Origin: Macrostomum lignano
Lineage: Eukaryota
Direction: 5' to 3'
Assembly: GCA_002269645.1 (NCBI GenBank)
Contig: NIVC01001285.1
Location: 1 to 34,073 of the forward strand
DNA: 34,073 nt
This document shows, in pieces, positions 11,175 to 22,684 of this stretch (the first letter of the stretch is position 1; every line of letters starts with the position of its first letter). Both the position numbers and the translations under genes were made by a program. A model generated the notes under the pieces. The model ran no database searches, was not told the origin of the DNA, and was given only the letters and a program-made list of their open reading frames with translations.

Positions 11175-11932
11175 CTGCCCGACTGCATCACCTATAAACA
11201 GCTTCAGCAATGACTAATAGAGAAATTCGCACAACTCTCAGGACCTGATGAGTATTGAGAAGAGGCTGCAGCCAGCGCAAGAATGAGTCAACTGAAGATT
11301 ACGCAGATGCTCTGCAGGAGCTAGGAGAACAAGCCTTCCCTTGGCTTGAGCCTCGCCATCTAGAGCAATAACTGATTGACCAGTTCCTTTGTGGGATTTG
11401 CATGTCATCAGACTGCCACAAAAAGCTTTTCTGGATCCAACCTAGGACACTCAGCGAAGCCATGCAAGCACTAAAGAGGATGGAACTAGCTAAAGACCTG
11501 GCTCATTGTTTGAAAGAGTCCCCAGTCAGAATGTTGGACGGGGAGGGACAAGCCTCAAAGGAGCCCAACAACAGCACCCTCAAGAAGTTGGAAAAAGTCA
11601 TTAAGCAACAAGCTGCAATGATGCAGCAGCAGCAGCATCTACTCAACACGATGGCACAGCAGGCCACAGCCAATCAAATGACCAGTCAAGCAAACCGACC
11701 ACCACACTACACATGCTATGAGTGTCATCAAGAAGGACACAAGGCAAGAGATTGTCCGCACAGACATCAATCAACTCAGCAGTTTATGGGAAACAGCCAG
11801 CCGGAGGACGTAAATGGCAACACCCCCCAAGCTCCAGCCCAGGCTATGCAGCTGACACCGAACACGCCCCGGAAGAGTAGGAAGAGTATGGCCCCGCAGC
11901 CGCAGCGGCTGACTTGTGCAAGTTGTCAGTAA
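11175..11932 (+). pseudogene. gag: Degenerate gag with CCHC zinc knuckle
   Basis: ESTEDYADALQELGEQAFP aligns with young ESTDDYAEKLTELAYRAFP. CYECHQEGHKARDC lies at 11714-11755. There are in-frame stops and frameshifts. Confidence 0.85.
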
Positions 11933-12000
11933 TCAAAGAATCAGTTGATGGAGGTTTTCTGGATGCCTCTTTTGTAAATACAGTCCATGCGCATGACGCC

Positions 12001-12340
12001 GATCCATTTATTACTGGATGAGTGGCTTGACAAGAGGTTGCCTTTCTGCTAGACAGTGGAAGCAGAAGAAATTCCTTGGAGCGTCTACTTAGACCACCAT
12101 TAGCCGTCGTTCACCACGTTGTATAGTCACACCTGCTTACCCTAACTGAGTCACTATGTATGATGGGACTGAGTTAAGTCTCGCCACCAAAGTTATCCTA
12201 TCAGTTGAATTGGGGGATTATTTTGTGGAAACCGAATTCTTTGCCGCCGAAAGAGACTGGAAATCTTCTAGGAATTGATTTCATGCAGAGTCATTGCCAA
12301 GGACTGGACTTCCAGCAAGGAATGCTTACATTCCAACAAT
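12001..12340 (+). pseudogene. Degenerate aspartic protease remnant
   Basis: DPFITG*VA*QEVAFLLDSGS aligns with young DPYITGSILNKEVVYLLDTGS. The tail LLGIDFMQSHCQGLDFQQGMLT aligns with VIGVTFVQQYCNAIDFETGMLT. Confidence 0.85.
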
Positions 12341-12484
12341 GCACCCGACTTTTAGTATGCTATTCAAGGAGAGAACTGAAGGCCTGCCGAGTGTCTAGGA
12401 CAAAGTCTGCAATCCGATGGAATAGAATGCCCGATTGCATTCTTCAGTTGCAAGCTCTGTGACCCAGAAGTTCGCTACAAGGTC

Positions 12485-12710
12485 AACAAGCAGGACCTAC
12501 TAGGAATTGTTGATTACATGCGACACTTTCGAGAATACTTAATAGGAAAGAAATTTGAAGTAAGAAGTGACCATAAGGTCTTGCTTTGGCTGTTACGTCA
12601 GACAGAATCTACAGGGATTCTAGGTTGATGGGTCCAGAGGATCAGCAAATTTTAGTTCACCATCTCCCATCACAAAGGTACTGACCACACCAAAGCCGAT
12701 GCTCTATTGT
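12485..12710 (+). pseudogene. Degenerate RNase H C-terminal remnant
   Basis: FREYLIGKKFEVRSDHKVLLWLLRQTESTGILG*WVQRISKF*...KADAL aligns with young FRFYLVGKRFKVRTDHNALTWLLRQTEQTGILGRWIERLSEF...NADAL. Confidence 0.88.
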
Positions 12711-13820
12711 CACTTCAAAGAGACCAGCCTAAATGATGATGTTCAAGAGGCCACTATACCATTAGCCCTCTCTAACAACAGCCATTAGGTCTACCTACAG
12801 AGTTTGGAGACTGACTTGGACGAAGATTCGGAGGCCACCGCATTAGCAGCCCTCCCAGTCGAGCGCCACTGCTCATATCTTGGTCAAAAATTTACCGCTG
12901 AGGAGTCCCGCTGCTCTCTCATGAGCCAACAGACTCAGCATGTCGAGCCATCTTGTTGCTCTTCCATGAGCCTGCAGCCAACCACCTATTAACAATGCGA
13001 AGACGATATGTCTTGCGCCATGAAGCGCCTTTGTCCTACGCCAAAACTGACACGTTCCTATGCAGAGGTGACGAAGTCTGCATTTAAGAAAAACAGAGCA
13101 TGTACAGCTGAAGCATCTCCCAAACTTGCACCTTGTCAAAGTTTGCCGTGCTGCCGAGCATCATAGATCATCTGAAGCCACCATTTCAGCGCAACAAGCT
13201 CATCAAAGCCAGCAAGCAGGACGCGTATTATCCCTATTCCAAGCCAGGACCCATCTCGCAGCCGACGCAGCCGCTAGGATGTGCGTCCCCAACGTGATGC
13301 CAACATTGAGGTATGCCAACTTGAACCATTGCAGCCACCTCAGATAGGAAATCAACTAGCAGTCGCTATAGAAACAGCTGCCGCCATCAAGCTCTGTCTT
13401 GACCTGCCAAAGGCGATCATGGCTGACGCTTGGCTACTGGCCGCAAAAGCAGCTAGAGGCGCCGCTGCCCTGCAGGAACCACTGTCAGCGCAACTAATCC
13501 ACAGCTCGCCTACTCTGCCACAATCGCCACCGGTACAGCCGACCCAAGAACCACCTGTTCACAGCTTGCCCATTCAGCACAAACCAAGTAGCAACTTGTT
13601 TGACCTGATTGCCTCCGCAGCCAGACATTGTCAATTTGGACTATCCGACACCACCTATGCCTCCATCGCTGCGCTTCCGCCGCCCATCGCCAGTACCATC
13701 GCCTCCATGACTGTTTAGCTGGACTGAACTGGCCAAGGCCATCAGCACCGCCATCCGGGGCAGGCCTCAACAAGCTGATGTGACGACCCAAGTCAATCAT
13801 CTGGGCTCTATCAGTGAAGA

Positions 13821-14093
13821 ATGTATCAGTGCACTGACAGACCTACTTGTGAATGCCAGCCTAGAGGGGCAGCTATGCAGAAAATGGCTGACTCGATTTG
13901 CGATGGTTTCTGCTCCACAACTGCTGAAGCCAGGTGCCAGGCTATTGATGAAGTGGCCTGCTGCACTGCTACTGCTCTCCCACCACATCTGCCGCATGCG
14001 ACTTCTCTAGAGCTGGCAGTGCTTAAAATGTTATTTTTCTTAGGCCAAGCTATACAAGTACCAGACGAGCTTAACTGTTTTGTGCAATTTTAA
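13821..14093 (+). pseudogene. Probable remnant of an ORF3 homolog in the old Gypsy element
   Basis: CDGFCSTTAEARCQAIDEVACCTA (13899-13970) resembles young ORF3 CTRFLAQATAEQKVQCMEVACTYA, and it sits in the same position between pol and the PPT. Confidence 0.45.
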
Positions 14094-14508
14094 AATTCAT
14101 AAACATTAGGATGGTTGAGTCCAACATTTAGTCTAAAAAATATGCAATCTTTCATTAAAATATTTAAATGGTATACAATATTCTACTCCAACATTTCATT
14201 TAATTTATTCATGCATCTCAAAAACTTATTACACTAACCTTCAATCTTTAAAACATGTACAATCAAAAATCTCCAGCAATATGTAACAAATTGAATCATG
14301 ACTTGCAACTTTGCCTTTTAGCATGCTCAGTACATCAACTCTATGAACAGTGTTACCTTTTTAGTTTTTATACAATTTACTTTTCATTAAAACACTACAA
14401 TATATTTCTATAAACATTTAATATTTGACCATATTAATTCTGCCTTGCCACTTTCAAATAAATTGAATTATTGTTGTTGCTACTATAATTTAATTTGGAC
14501 AGGGAGAG

Positions 14509-15329
14509 TGTAGTGACTGGCTACTAAGTGGCTATTCAGCAGCATTCACTAGCTTTCCCTAAGAGCTCTGTGATCCATCGCACAGAGTCTCAATCCACCT
14601 GATCTAGAGAGAGAATTGGGCTGAAGTGTTTACTGCCCAATGACTCATTGCCTGAGCAGGTGTGGACAGCCACACACAATGTCTTCCCACTTGTGCTGAA
14701 GAGGCATAGCAGGATGACTCATCACCTACACGGGGTATAGTGGTTGCCTAGGAGAAAACAGGATGAGTCATCCACCCAAGTTCTATTTTTAGCACAACAT
14801 AAGCATGTAATTGTGTACGCATGTTAAGCGTGGCCGCTGACCTTGAGTCATGCCACTGCTGAGTAACAGGGTTACATTATTTGGAAGTTGGCCTTAAGTC
14901 ACGCATCTCTTGCGTGATTCTGATGACCAAATAAGGAAGTTTCACACATTTACCTATAAATATGGAGCACCTGAGAGCTGTTTTTCTCCAGACTGTGCCC
15001 CTGGGCTGCCGCACCTTGTTTGATTGCGTTGTCTTGCCTGGGCTCAACCAGAGCTGCCTCTTTTCCTCCAAGCTCTCCTCTCTCATTTCAGGATTTTCAG
15101 GATTAAGCAGCACCTTCAGGAATGATCAACTGTCAAGACATTTTTTAGATTTGCCTTGCTCTGAGTGACTTCGTTATTTAATTTCAGATGATTGATAGAC
15201 AACTCTGCCAACACATTGAGTCCACCTACCAAGGTGGCAGCAACCCTACCAAGTCTAAGGACTAAGGCTAACATTTAGGTTCCTTTTTAGGCAAATCGAT
15301 AGGTAGTACTACAATACTATCTGGCTACA
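14509..15329 (+). repeat. LTR of the old Gypsy element
   Basis: Preceded by the purine tract agggagag (14501-14508). Starts TGTAG like the young LTR, contains tataaata and the motif ggtggcagcaaccctacc shared with the young LTR. It ends ...ctaca at 15329 (alternative end 15313). Confidence 0.65.
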
Positions 15330-16310
15330 TCTGGAGCAGCAAGTTATATTTCTAGGAACATCTTCAAGAACTTGGGAAGCAGCAACACACTAGCGTAGAC
15401 TAAGGCTTTTTATTTTACTCTGAATTCTGGGTCGCAAGTCTTGTGAGCTATATACAATGTAGGAAAAATAAAAAGGTATCAACTATATTGCTTTCTATTA
15501 TACTAGCCACATTTTTTTCCAATGTAAATAACTGCTTGTTCTTATGTATTCTTGCATTTACACAATATTGATTCAAAGTTGAAGCCAAAATATATGTAAA
15601 CTTCCATTTAAAATAGAAAATATTATACAATTTTTTAAATATGAATCAATGATGTTTTTTCTTCTGTTGTATTATCCAAAATGGAATACAAACAAGAAAT
15701 AATGATCTCATTGTTTGGTTTTCCTACAACATCAGTTATGGTACCAATATAACCAATGTCATTAAGAAATGGCAGGAGTAACTATTACTATAGTTTCATA
15801 AGAAAGTGACTTGTCATCTAATTAGTCAAATTTGATTTGGATATTATTATCAAGTTTCATTGCATTAGCATATAAGCATACATATACCTAAATACACTGG
15901 CTATATAACTTACCTTTTGACCAAAAAAAGCAATTTACCTATGAAAGAAGCAAATAAGCAAAGTTAATATGTTTATGTAAATAGTAAAAGAAACTATGAC
16001 TATATTATAAAGACTAAATGTTTTATCATCTAATTAGTACTACTTTAAGAATTTTTAATAGGCATTTTTGCAACTTGCCTTGGCTAGACCCCTTGCTAGC
16101 CAGCTAGATTAGCTTGGTGCTATATCTAGATAATCTATATAAAGACAAAAATGGAATAATTATAGTCTAAGGATTAAAATTTCATACCTCATTATTTTAA
16201 GAATAAAAGAAAAACTCTTAGTTATATTTTGGAACTTTAGCACTAATACAAAATAATCTATAAAGAAAATGCTAAAAATGACATAGGCCTCTTACTATTG
16301 ACATTACTAT

Positions 16311-17515
16311 GGGAACCAGTTAATTCAGCAACAGGTTGACTTGGCAACAAGTCAATTTGGCAACAGTCAGTTCGGCGACATGAGGGGGGAGAGATCCATT
16401 GTCATTTTGTCATCCATTGCATCAAGTTTGAGTTTGCATGTTTACTTGGATTTCAAAATCAACATCGTATCGTATGTATATTACATGCATAATGAACTGC
16501 GTTCCACTCAAGAGCTCATTCATAATCGCTATCAAATGAGCTATCAAATCACACAACTGCTGAACAAAGTATAATGAATAAAGGGAACACAAAATTAAGT
16601 TAGCTTTTAAAATATACAAAGCGAAGATGAGCTAAAAAATGTAAAAATGAAGTAAAAAGAAGTAAAAATGAGCTACATATTTTGAGTATGCAGTCTTTGC
16701 TTGTCTTAGCATGTATATCATTTGGATTCAATTGATTGATTTTTTGTTTATTATGTGGTGATGCATATTAGCTCGTCAATGCGTGACAACTCAGAATGGT
16801 AGAGTAAAAATTGAATTTGCAATAATTGTGACAAATGGACAGTATGGACCACTACATTGTATGCAAGAAGACTGTCACCAATGATGCTGCCACCATTGAC
16901 TGTGATGTATGTCACAAGTGGCAACATAGAATGTAATTCCGGTAAGTATTAGTATATATACCACTGAAATATTAAAGTTTGGTGCTGGTAGAATACATGA
17001 AATACAGTTAGCATATAGTATACAATGTACATGTACAGTGATACGAGTGTCAGTTCAATTCTGTGTGCAAGCATCTCCAAAAGACTCTATACTCGTCTTA
17101 AGTCTGTTGATTCATTCAACTAGAAGTGCAAGCAATGCAATCAACAAATACAGGCAGCAAAAAGAGGTTGAAAAAAAGCAGCCTGTGTCGCAGTCCCAGA
17201 AAAGTCTGCTGAGCTACATTGCTCAGCTGATGCTGTTACTGCCTGTGTCTCTACTGCAGTGCAAGAAGAAATAATTAATGCATTAAAATGCGACTCATAG
17301 GCTGGGCGTACATATAGCCTCTGAAAATGTGTTATTTGGCATGGTTAAAACAAACCTTTATTTAAATGGAAAGGACAAATGGCAATATGTTAAATTTTGT
17401 TTTCTAGTTTCATAGCTTTCGTAGCATTTGCCGAATTGGCTGTTGCCGAACTGACTTGTTGCCAAATTGCATTGGTTGTTGCCAAATTAGCTTGTCGCCA
17501 AATTAACTGGAAGCC
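16311..17515. mobile_element. Non-autonomous Mutator-like (MULE) element, 1205 bp
   Basis: Termini GGGAACCAGTTAATT and revcomp GGCTTCCAGTTAATT, with ttggcaac/gttgccaa subrepeats in both arms. The 9-bp TSD is cattactat / tattactat (8/9). Confidence 0.8.
16844..16941 (+). pseudogene. PHD-finger exon remnant inside the MULE
   Basis: MDHYIVCKKTVTNDAATIDCDVCHKWQHR, then a frameshift, then CNSG followed by the donor |gtaagt. This fits the C-x2-C...CDxC-x2-W-x-H-x2-C PHD pattern with the first Cys mutated to Tyr. Confidence 0.6.
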
Positions 17516-18156
17516 TATTACTATTAGGAATGAAAATCCCCTGAATAGGGGCCTAGTTCAAAAGTTATATCTTCTAGGCCTATAACTTGGAAAATCAGAC
17601 TTTTTAAGGAAAAATGATCATAGTGCCTTATGGGAAATTGCATTAGCCATTAGGCCAATGGCTATAGAAATTTAAAAAAATATGACATTAAAACAATAAA
17701 AGTGTTATAACTTTTTTATTACTTGACCAAAATTCAAAACTAAGGTTTCATTTTATTCATACAACAAATGTATATCATATGCTATGCTATCAAAAGAGAC
17801 AAATTAAAAAAATTAAAATCTCACTGGACTCCCTACTTGGCAACAATGCTCTATGCCATACACATATTTAGCATATACAGTAGCTATAAATACAACACTG
17901 ATTTAGTCAGACTAGACCATATGAATATAATACAGCCACAGGCATACAGCCAGGAAGATAGGCTAGATAGGCCTAGGGCTAGAATTTCAGTGGAAAAATT
18001 CTCGTGCACAAAGGTTACAATAAAGACTTCTCTTACCATACAATACGTTAGTACTCTTCTTAGTTCTTACAGTATTAAATATGTATTTTTTCTATACATT
18101 CAGATCTGTACCTACTGTGAATAACGCGGTTATAACGCGGACCTCTGGGTGTAATG

Positions 18157-18686
18157 CAGTAGCGTAGCTACGGGGGGGTACGGAAATATTTTGATGTGGG
18201 CGGAGGAAGAAAGAAAGTGTTTTGTCGTTAGCTGACACTGATATTATATTTAAGTTAATTATATTACATTATAATTTTTTAATGATTCCACGAATCCCGA
18301 GTTTCCCAATGCCATGGGTAAAGTGTAAAAAGTTACCCAGATTTTCGTAGAAAACGTTACCTGAAAATATTCTGTAAAATATGCAGTGAAACTTGATAAA
18401 AACTGCGGTCTCTGTTAAAAAAGCTAATAATTATAAATGTACTAGTAAAATGTGATCTTAATTTTTATTCCTAATTTTAACTCATAAGTTATTTGAGTTA
18501 AGACACATGTCTAACGGGTTTTTCTGATTATAGCAAATTGAAGTTTTTTACCCTATAAATAATAATACAAGTACTTTTTAGTGCATTTTTACCACAAAAA
18601 ATTACAAAAAAATATTTTAATTGACTGTGATTTTGACCTTTTCAGTTATTCCCCAGTCCCATTTCAAACTCCTAGCTACGCCACTG
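18157..18686. mobile_element. MITE with CAGTRGCGTAGCTA terminal inverted repeats
   Basis: cagtagcgtagcta at 18157 and tagctacgccactg ending at 18686 (13/14 match), with AT-rich interior. No matching TSD, so the superfamily is unassigned. Confidence 0.6.
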
Positions 18687-19339
18687 GCATCTAGAATCCT
18701 ATTGGCTCGCTGCGCTCCCCAGGAAGGAACACTAGTTTAGGCAGCATACAAGTAAAGGGGCAAAAGCCGAATTAAATTGCATTGAATGAAAAGGAAAACG
18801 CGATTATTTTTCATTTCTATGACTGATGACTGATAAGATAAGTCATAGAAAGATGCGGTTTGCATCATTGAATGCAAAACATTTAGAACTTTATGATCCG
18901 TGTCTACTATGTTTGTGTAGCATGCGCAGGCAGGCAGTTCGGGTACCTAGTTTGCACTCCGTGACCGCCATCCAGCCTATCCACTTCCCTCTGCTCGAGC
19001 ACATCTCAACGCGCACTCAATGAACCGGAAATCTGTGTTCTACCAGACAATAAATATACAGGCACAGCCACATTCTATTTCTTCACCTTTTTGAGTGGCT
19101 AACTAACACTCGCAACAACCAGCTAGAGTTGCTCGCTACAGTTTGGTTGCATTATTCACGAAGCTGTCGTTTCTTTAGTGCAAAAAATAAATTTTGCTAC
19201 CCTTTGCGGCGGAGAGCTCGAACGCCAGTAGATCATGGAAGCCCCTATAACATTGCTTTCGAAGAGTTTATTCTGCCTTATCCTTGTAGCGACGCGTATA
19301 GTAATTAAGCACTCTCTCGTCAAGTCTGAGTAGGTGCCA

Positions 19340-19768
19340 TGGTGGTAGGTCGTCCTCAGGTACAGTTTTGCTCAAGCAGGATGGCACGTTTGGATGCTCA
19401 AGCAGGATGGCAAGTTTGGAAAGATGCACTCCTCAGGTACGGGATCAGAATTCTCAAGCGTCGATTTTCTAGCTGCTTTGGTTGTCCATTTGCATGCATT
19501 TGCAAACGCGGAGCGCTTACACGGCTCGATCGAGTTGGAGTCCTAAGAATTGGTTACAGACAGCCTTTCTGAAAAATGCAGTGAGCAGATCCAGTAGTTG
19601 TGCTTTGGATCGCTGCGCAACTTAATCTCCAACTCTGCTGCTTTCCACTTTCGGGGAAGTCGCCGAGATCCATTTTTCCAGAAGCTCCGGCTGTGTAGAT
19701 GGTGAAAATTTGTGGATGGAGACTGCCGGACTGCCGAAGGCAGATTGGTAACACAAAGTGGAGCTCAT
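19340..19768 (-). pseudogene. THAP zinc-finger domain pseudogene (P-element/THAP9-type N-terminus or stand-alone THAP)
   Basis: Minus frame: CVTN...SPSTNFHH...RKW...YWICSLHFS...S*DSN...DPVPEECIFPNLPSCLS. This has the THAP W, C-x2-H-F and xVPxIFP motifs. It is disrupted by a stop, a frameshift near the start and a 26-bp tandem duplication (19370-19420). Confidence 0.65.
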
Positions 19769-21951
19769 TGCACATGAATGGAATACCGTGAATTCCATTT
19801 CAAAGGTTGTGTTTGCAAAGTTTAATAGCTAGCAGATTGCTGCAGGCATCCAATGTTGCTCTCAAGGTATCCTTTTCTCAGATAGCAAGCTGCTACGAAA
19901 TAAGTGAAGCTTCATCTTGTCCGTGCACACTATCATATAGGCATAAAGTGGCAAGCAAAAGCAAGCAGTGTCTAATAAATGCGTATTTGTGCAAAGATGG
20001 GCCCTCATTGCACTCAGTCCCGAGAAATTTGAAAACTCCCCCCGCTCTGGGCTTGAAAAAACGCCTCTAAACTCGTATAGCGGAGTGGGGGTGGGGCTGG
20101 TGAGTGTCCCTTCCTGGACAGCAGCGATCAAAGAGACTTCCGTGCCACTGGTGTAATGTATCTGCGTATGTATTTTAAAAGTAATCAAGTTAGCTCGTAT
20201 TTCGCATCGTGTGCTACTTGTATTTGTATTCGATTTATATTTTACTGTACTTTTACTGCGTGGTTGGTCGCCAGAGTTGGGCGTGCCCGATCCCCCGATC
20301 CCTGCCGTCGCACTCCAGCTCCGACAGGCCGTGTCGCGCTCATCTCGATCGCTACGGGCTGCACTTTATCTAAAATGGTCTGGTGGATGCTTTTGGTTGG
20401 TTTTGGATGACCTTCTTTCAAATTTCTAACGCTTATATCGGCATCAATTTTATTACAGGGGCGAATTTCAATTTCTGCGGCCGAATTTTCCTCGAAGCAC
20501 TCGCTTGTTTAAACAAAAACAATGCGGAAAAAGAGAGATTCAAAATCGAATTCAGATACTCTGCATCTAGACTCTAGGGGAAAATTAACAGGAGATGTGA
20601 CTAAGCAGTTTGGAATAGCGTTTTGACGCACGCGGTTCTTTTGCTGCTTATGGTTGCCATGCCGACTTCTATACAGTAGCGATCCGAGATTCTTTTAGGT
20701 TTAGGTGCTATTTCGTCCGCTCTCCTTATTACTGTGAATAGTTAGGTTGATGATGCTGGGCACGCCGCGAATCAATTCGACTGTCGACGATCTGGAGGCT
20801 CTGGCCTCATCGGCCCTCATCCGGCCGGTGCGTGAATTCGACGAGTGCTACACACGAAAAAATATGAAGGCCAACAACATGTATCTAGTCTATACATGTG
20901 GTATATGTGGTCGAGCGTGAGTCAAATCAAATCATTATGGAGTTACATGCGAATGGGGCCCATGACTCTTTACATTCTTCCAAGGACTACCAACTACGAG
21001 TATAAATTAGCTATTTGTGGTCCTTGCATTTTTCATGCGGTTCACAGTATTCAGCTATAGAAGTAAGAAAACACACGAAGGCGTGTGCAGAGGCTCATGT
21101 AATCACTTGTCGTTATATTTAAAAAGTAGTAAGGGAGGCTAAAACAAGACGCTGAATCAGCAAAATACGAATACAGCACAAGTAATTTTAAGGTACATGT
21201 ACAAAAAATTAGATAAACATTCCGACACCTTCTAGCCCAAGAAAGGTGACGTAATATTCTTAACTCGGGTTGCACATATTTAAAATGATTATGGAATTTT
21301 TAACGAAAAGAGTGGTAAATTAATGCAAACATGGAAGTTGTTCAGAATATTTAAGATTTTGCAAAAAATCGATTATATTACCAGATAGCTATATGTACAT
21401 GCAATAGTGGAACATTACGAGTACATGCACTCAGCAACAGCTAATAAGCACCCTAAACCAGCTGCTGTCACGCAGCACAGACGTACATGCACGCACTTTA
21501 TTTACGAGATACATTGTTTGTCTGTGCGTGCATCAATGCCACGCAGGAATGCATGTAATGCATCATAGCAACAACTAGCTAGTCATTCGATGAGTTTTTG
21601 AGTCGATCATTTCGAGTTGCCCCAAGTGTTTCATCAACCGTTTGTGATCAGGATCACAGGAAGGGGCGTAGCCAAGGAGGTAGGGGAGGCTGGTGAAAGT
21701 TATATGGGGTGTTCCTGAATCCTGTGGATATGTCCCAAATGCTACGACAAACAATGCACCTTACGTTACTGATCAGCTGAGACTGTTAAGGGAAGTAACT
21801 GCTGCGGAGTAAAACGTATACAAGAAACAACTGGCGCAGGCACATGCATGCTTATTGACACAAAAATAGAATTTTAACTGCAACATAGCATGCACCATAA
21901 TAATAAATCAATCAGGAGGACATACGCTGTATATTTTAAACGTTAGTGCTA

Positions 21952-22672
21952 TGTAGTAGGGGGTTTAGTTCAATGCAGTTTTGCCAAGGCGTTTGCCAAC
22001 AGTTCTTATTCGTCGAGAGGAATTATTTTAGTAGCACGAAATTCTAGAATAAGCAGTTTTGCTTTTACGCTACTATTAGTAGTTCACCCTCGGGGAAATA
22101 TCTGAAGTTGTGGGAATTCGAGTATTAGCGGGTTCCTCTATTAGTAAAAGGCTGTTTGGCCTCGGGAAAAGCATCCTGTTCAGGACCGTCCATTGGACAA
22201 CGTTTGTAAGAGATCTAAGTCTCAAATAAGCCAGACTAAGGGAGTCTCCCCTTTATAAAATAAAAAGAATATATATAAGAAAGTATAAAAGGTAAGATCG
22301 GGGTAAAATAGGGAGACTAAGAGGAGTCTACCGCTTAGTCAAAACGGAGTCTACCGAGAATAGGAGAATTAGTATAGTCAGTTAGATAGAAGTAAGGGAA
22401 AGGAACCAGGAGTCTACCGGTTCTAATAACATAGTAATAATAGTGCTTAAATCTTCGCATATTTGGTTCAATAATATCATTTTCTTTTGTTTGTTTATTC
22501 CAATAATCTTACATGAAGTCGACTCTTGTCTCACTTATTTTAATTTAAAACTATTATTATAAGGGACATTAGTCTGGTGGCAGCAACCTACCAAATTAGA
22601 CTACATGATAACAGAAGTAATAATAGAAAACAGAATAAACCAGTAGCTTAACCGCGAGGCACGCCCATTCCA
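21952..22672 (+). repeat. 5' LTR (721 bp)
   Basis: Matches the 3' LTR except at 21974, 22317, 22511 and 22601 (by-eye comparison). TATAAAA at 22254 and 22284, AATAAA at 22634. Confidence 0.97.
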
Positions 22673-22674
22673 AT

Positions 22675-22684
22675 TGGTGGCAGC
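22675..22684 (+). promoter_or_regulatory. Primer-binding site, tRNA-Leu-like
   Basis: TGGTGGCAGC lies 2 nt after the LTR end. It is complementary to the 3' end GCUGCCACCA typical of metazoan tRNA-Leu (AAG/UAG). Confidence 0.8.

Larger units (their letters stand above)
11175..15329 (+). mobile_element. Old, internally deleted Ty3/Gypsy element related to the element at 21952
   Basis: Gag, PR and RH remnants align by eye with the young element. A PPT and a TG...CA LTR lie at the right end. RT, IN and the 5' LTR are not seen. Confidence 0.8.

Noticed and set aside
18687-20571. Direct repeat gcatctaga at 18687 and 20563 as a TSD around the THAP relic
   Set aside because: There are no inverted termini inside the repeat pair; probably chance.
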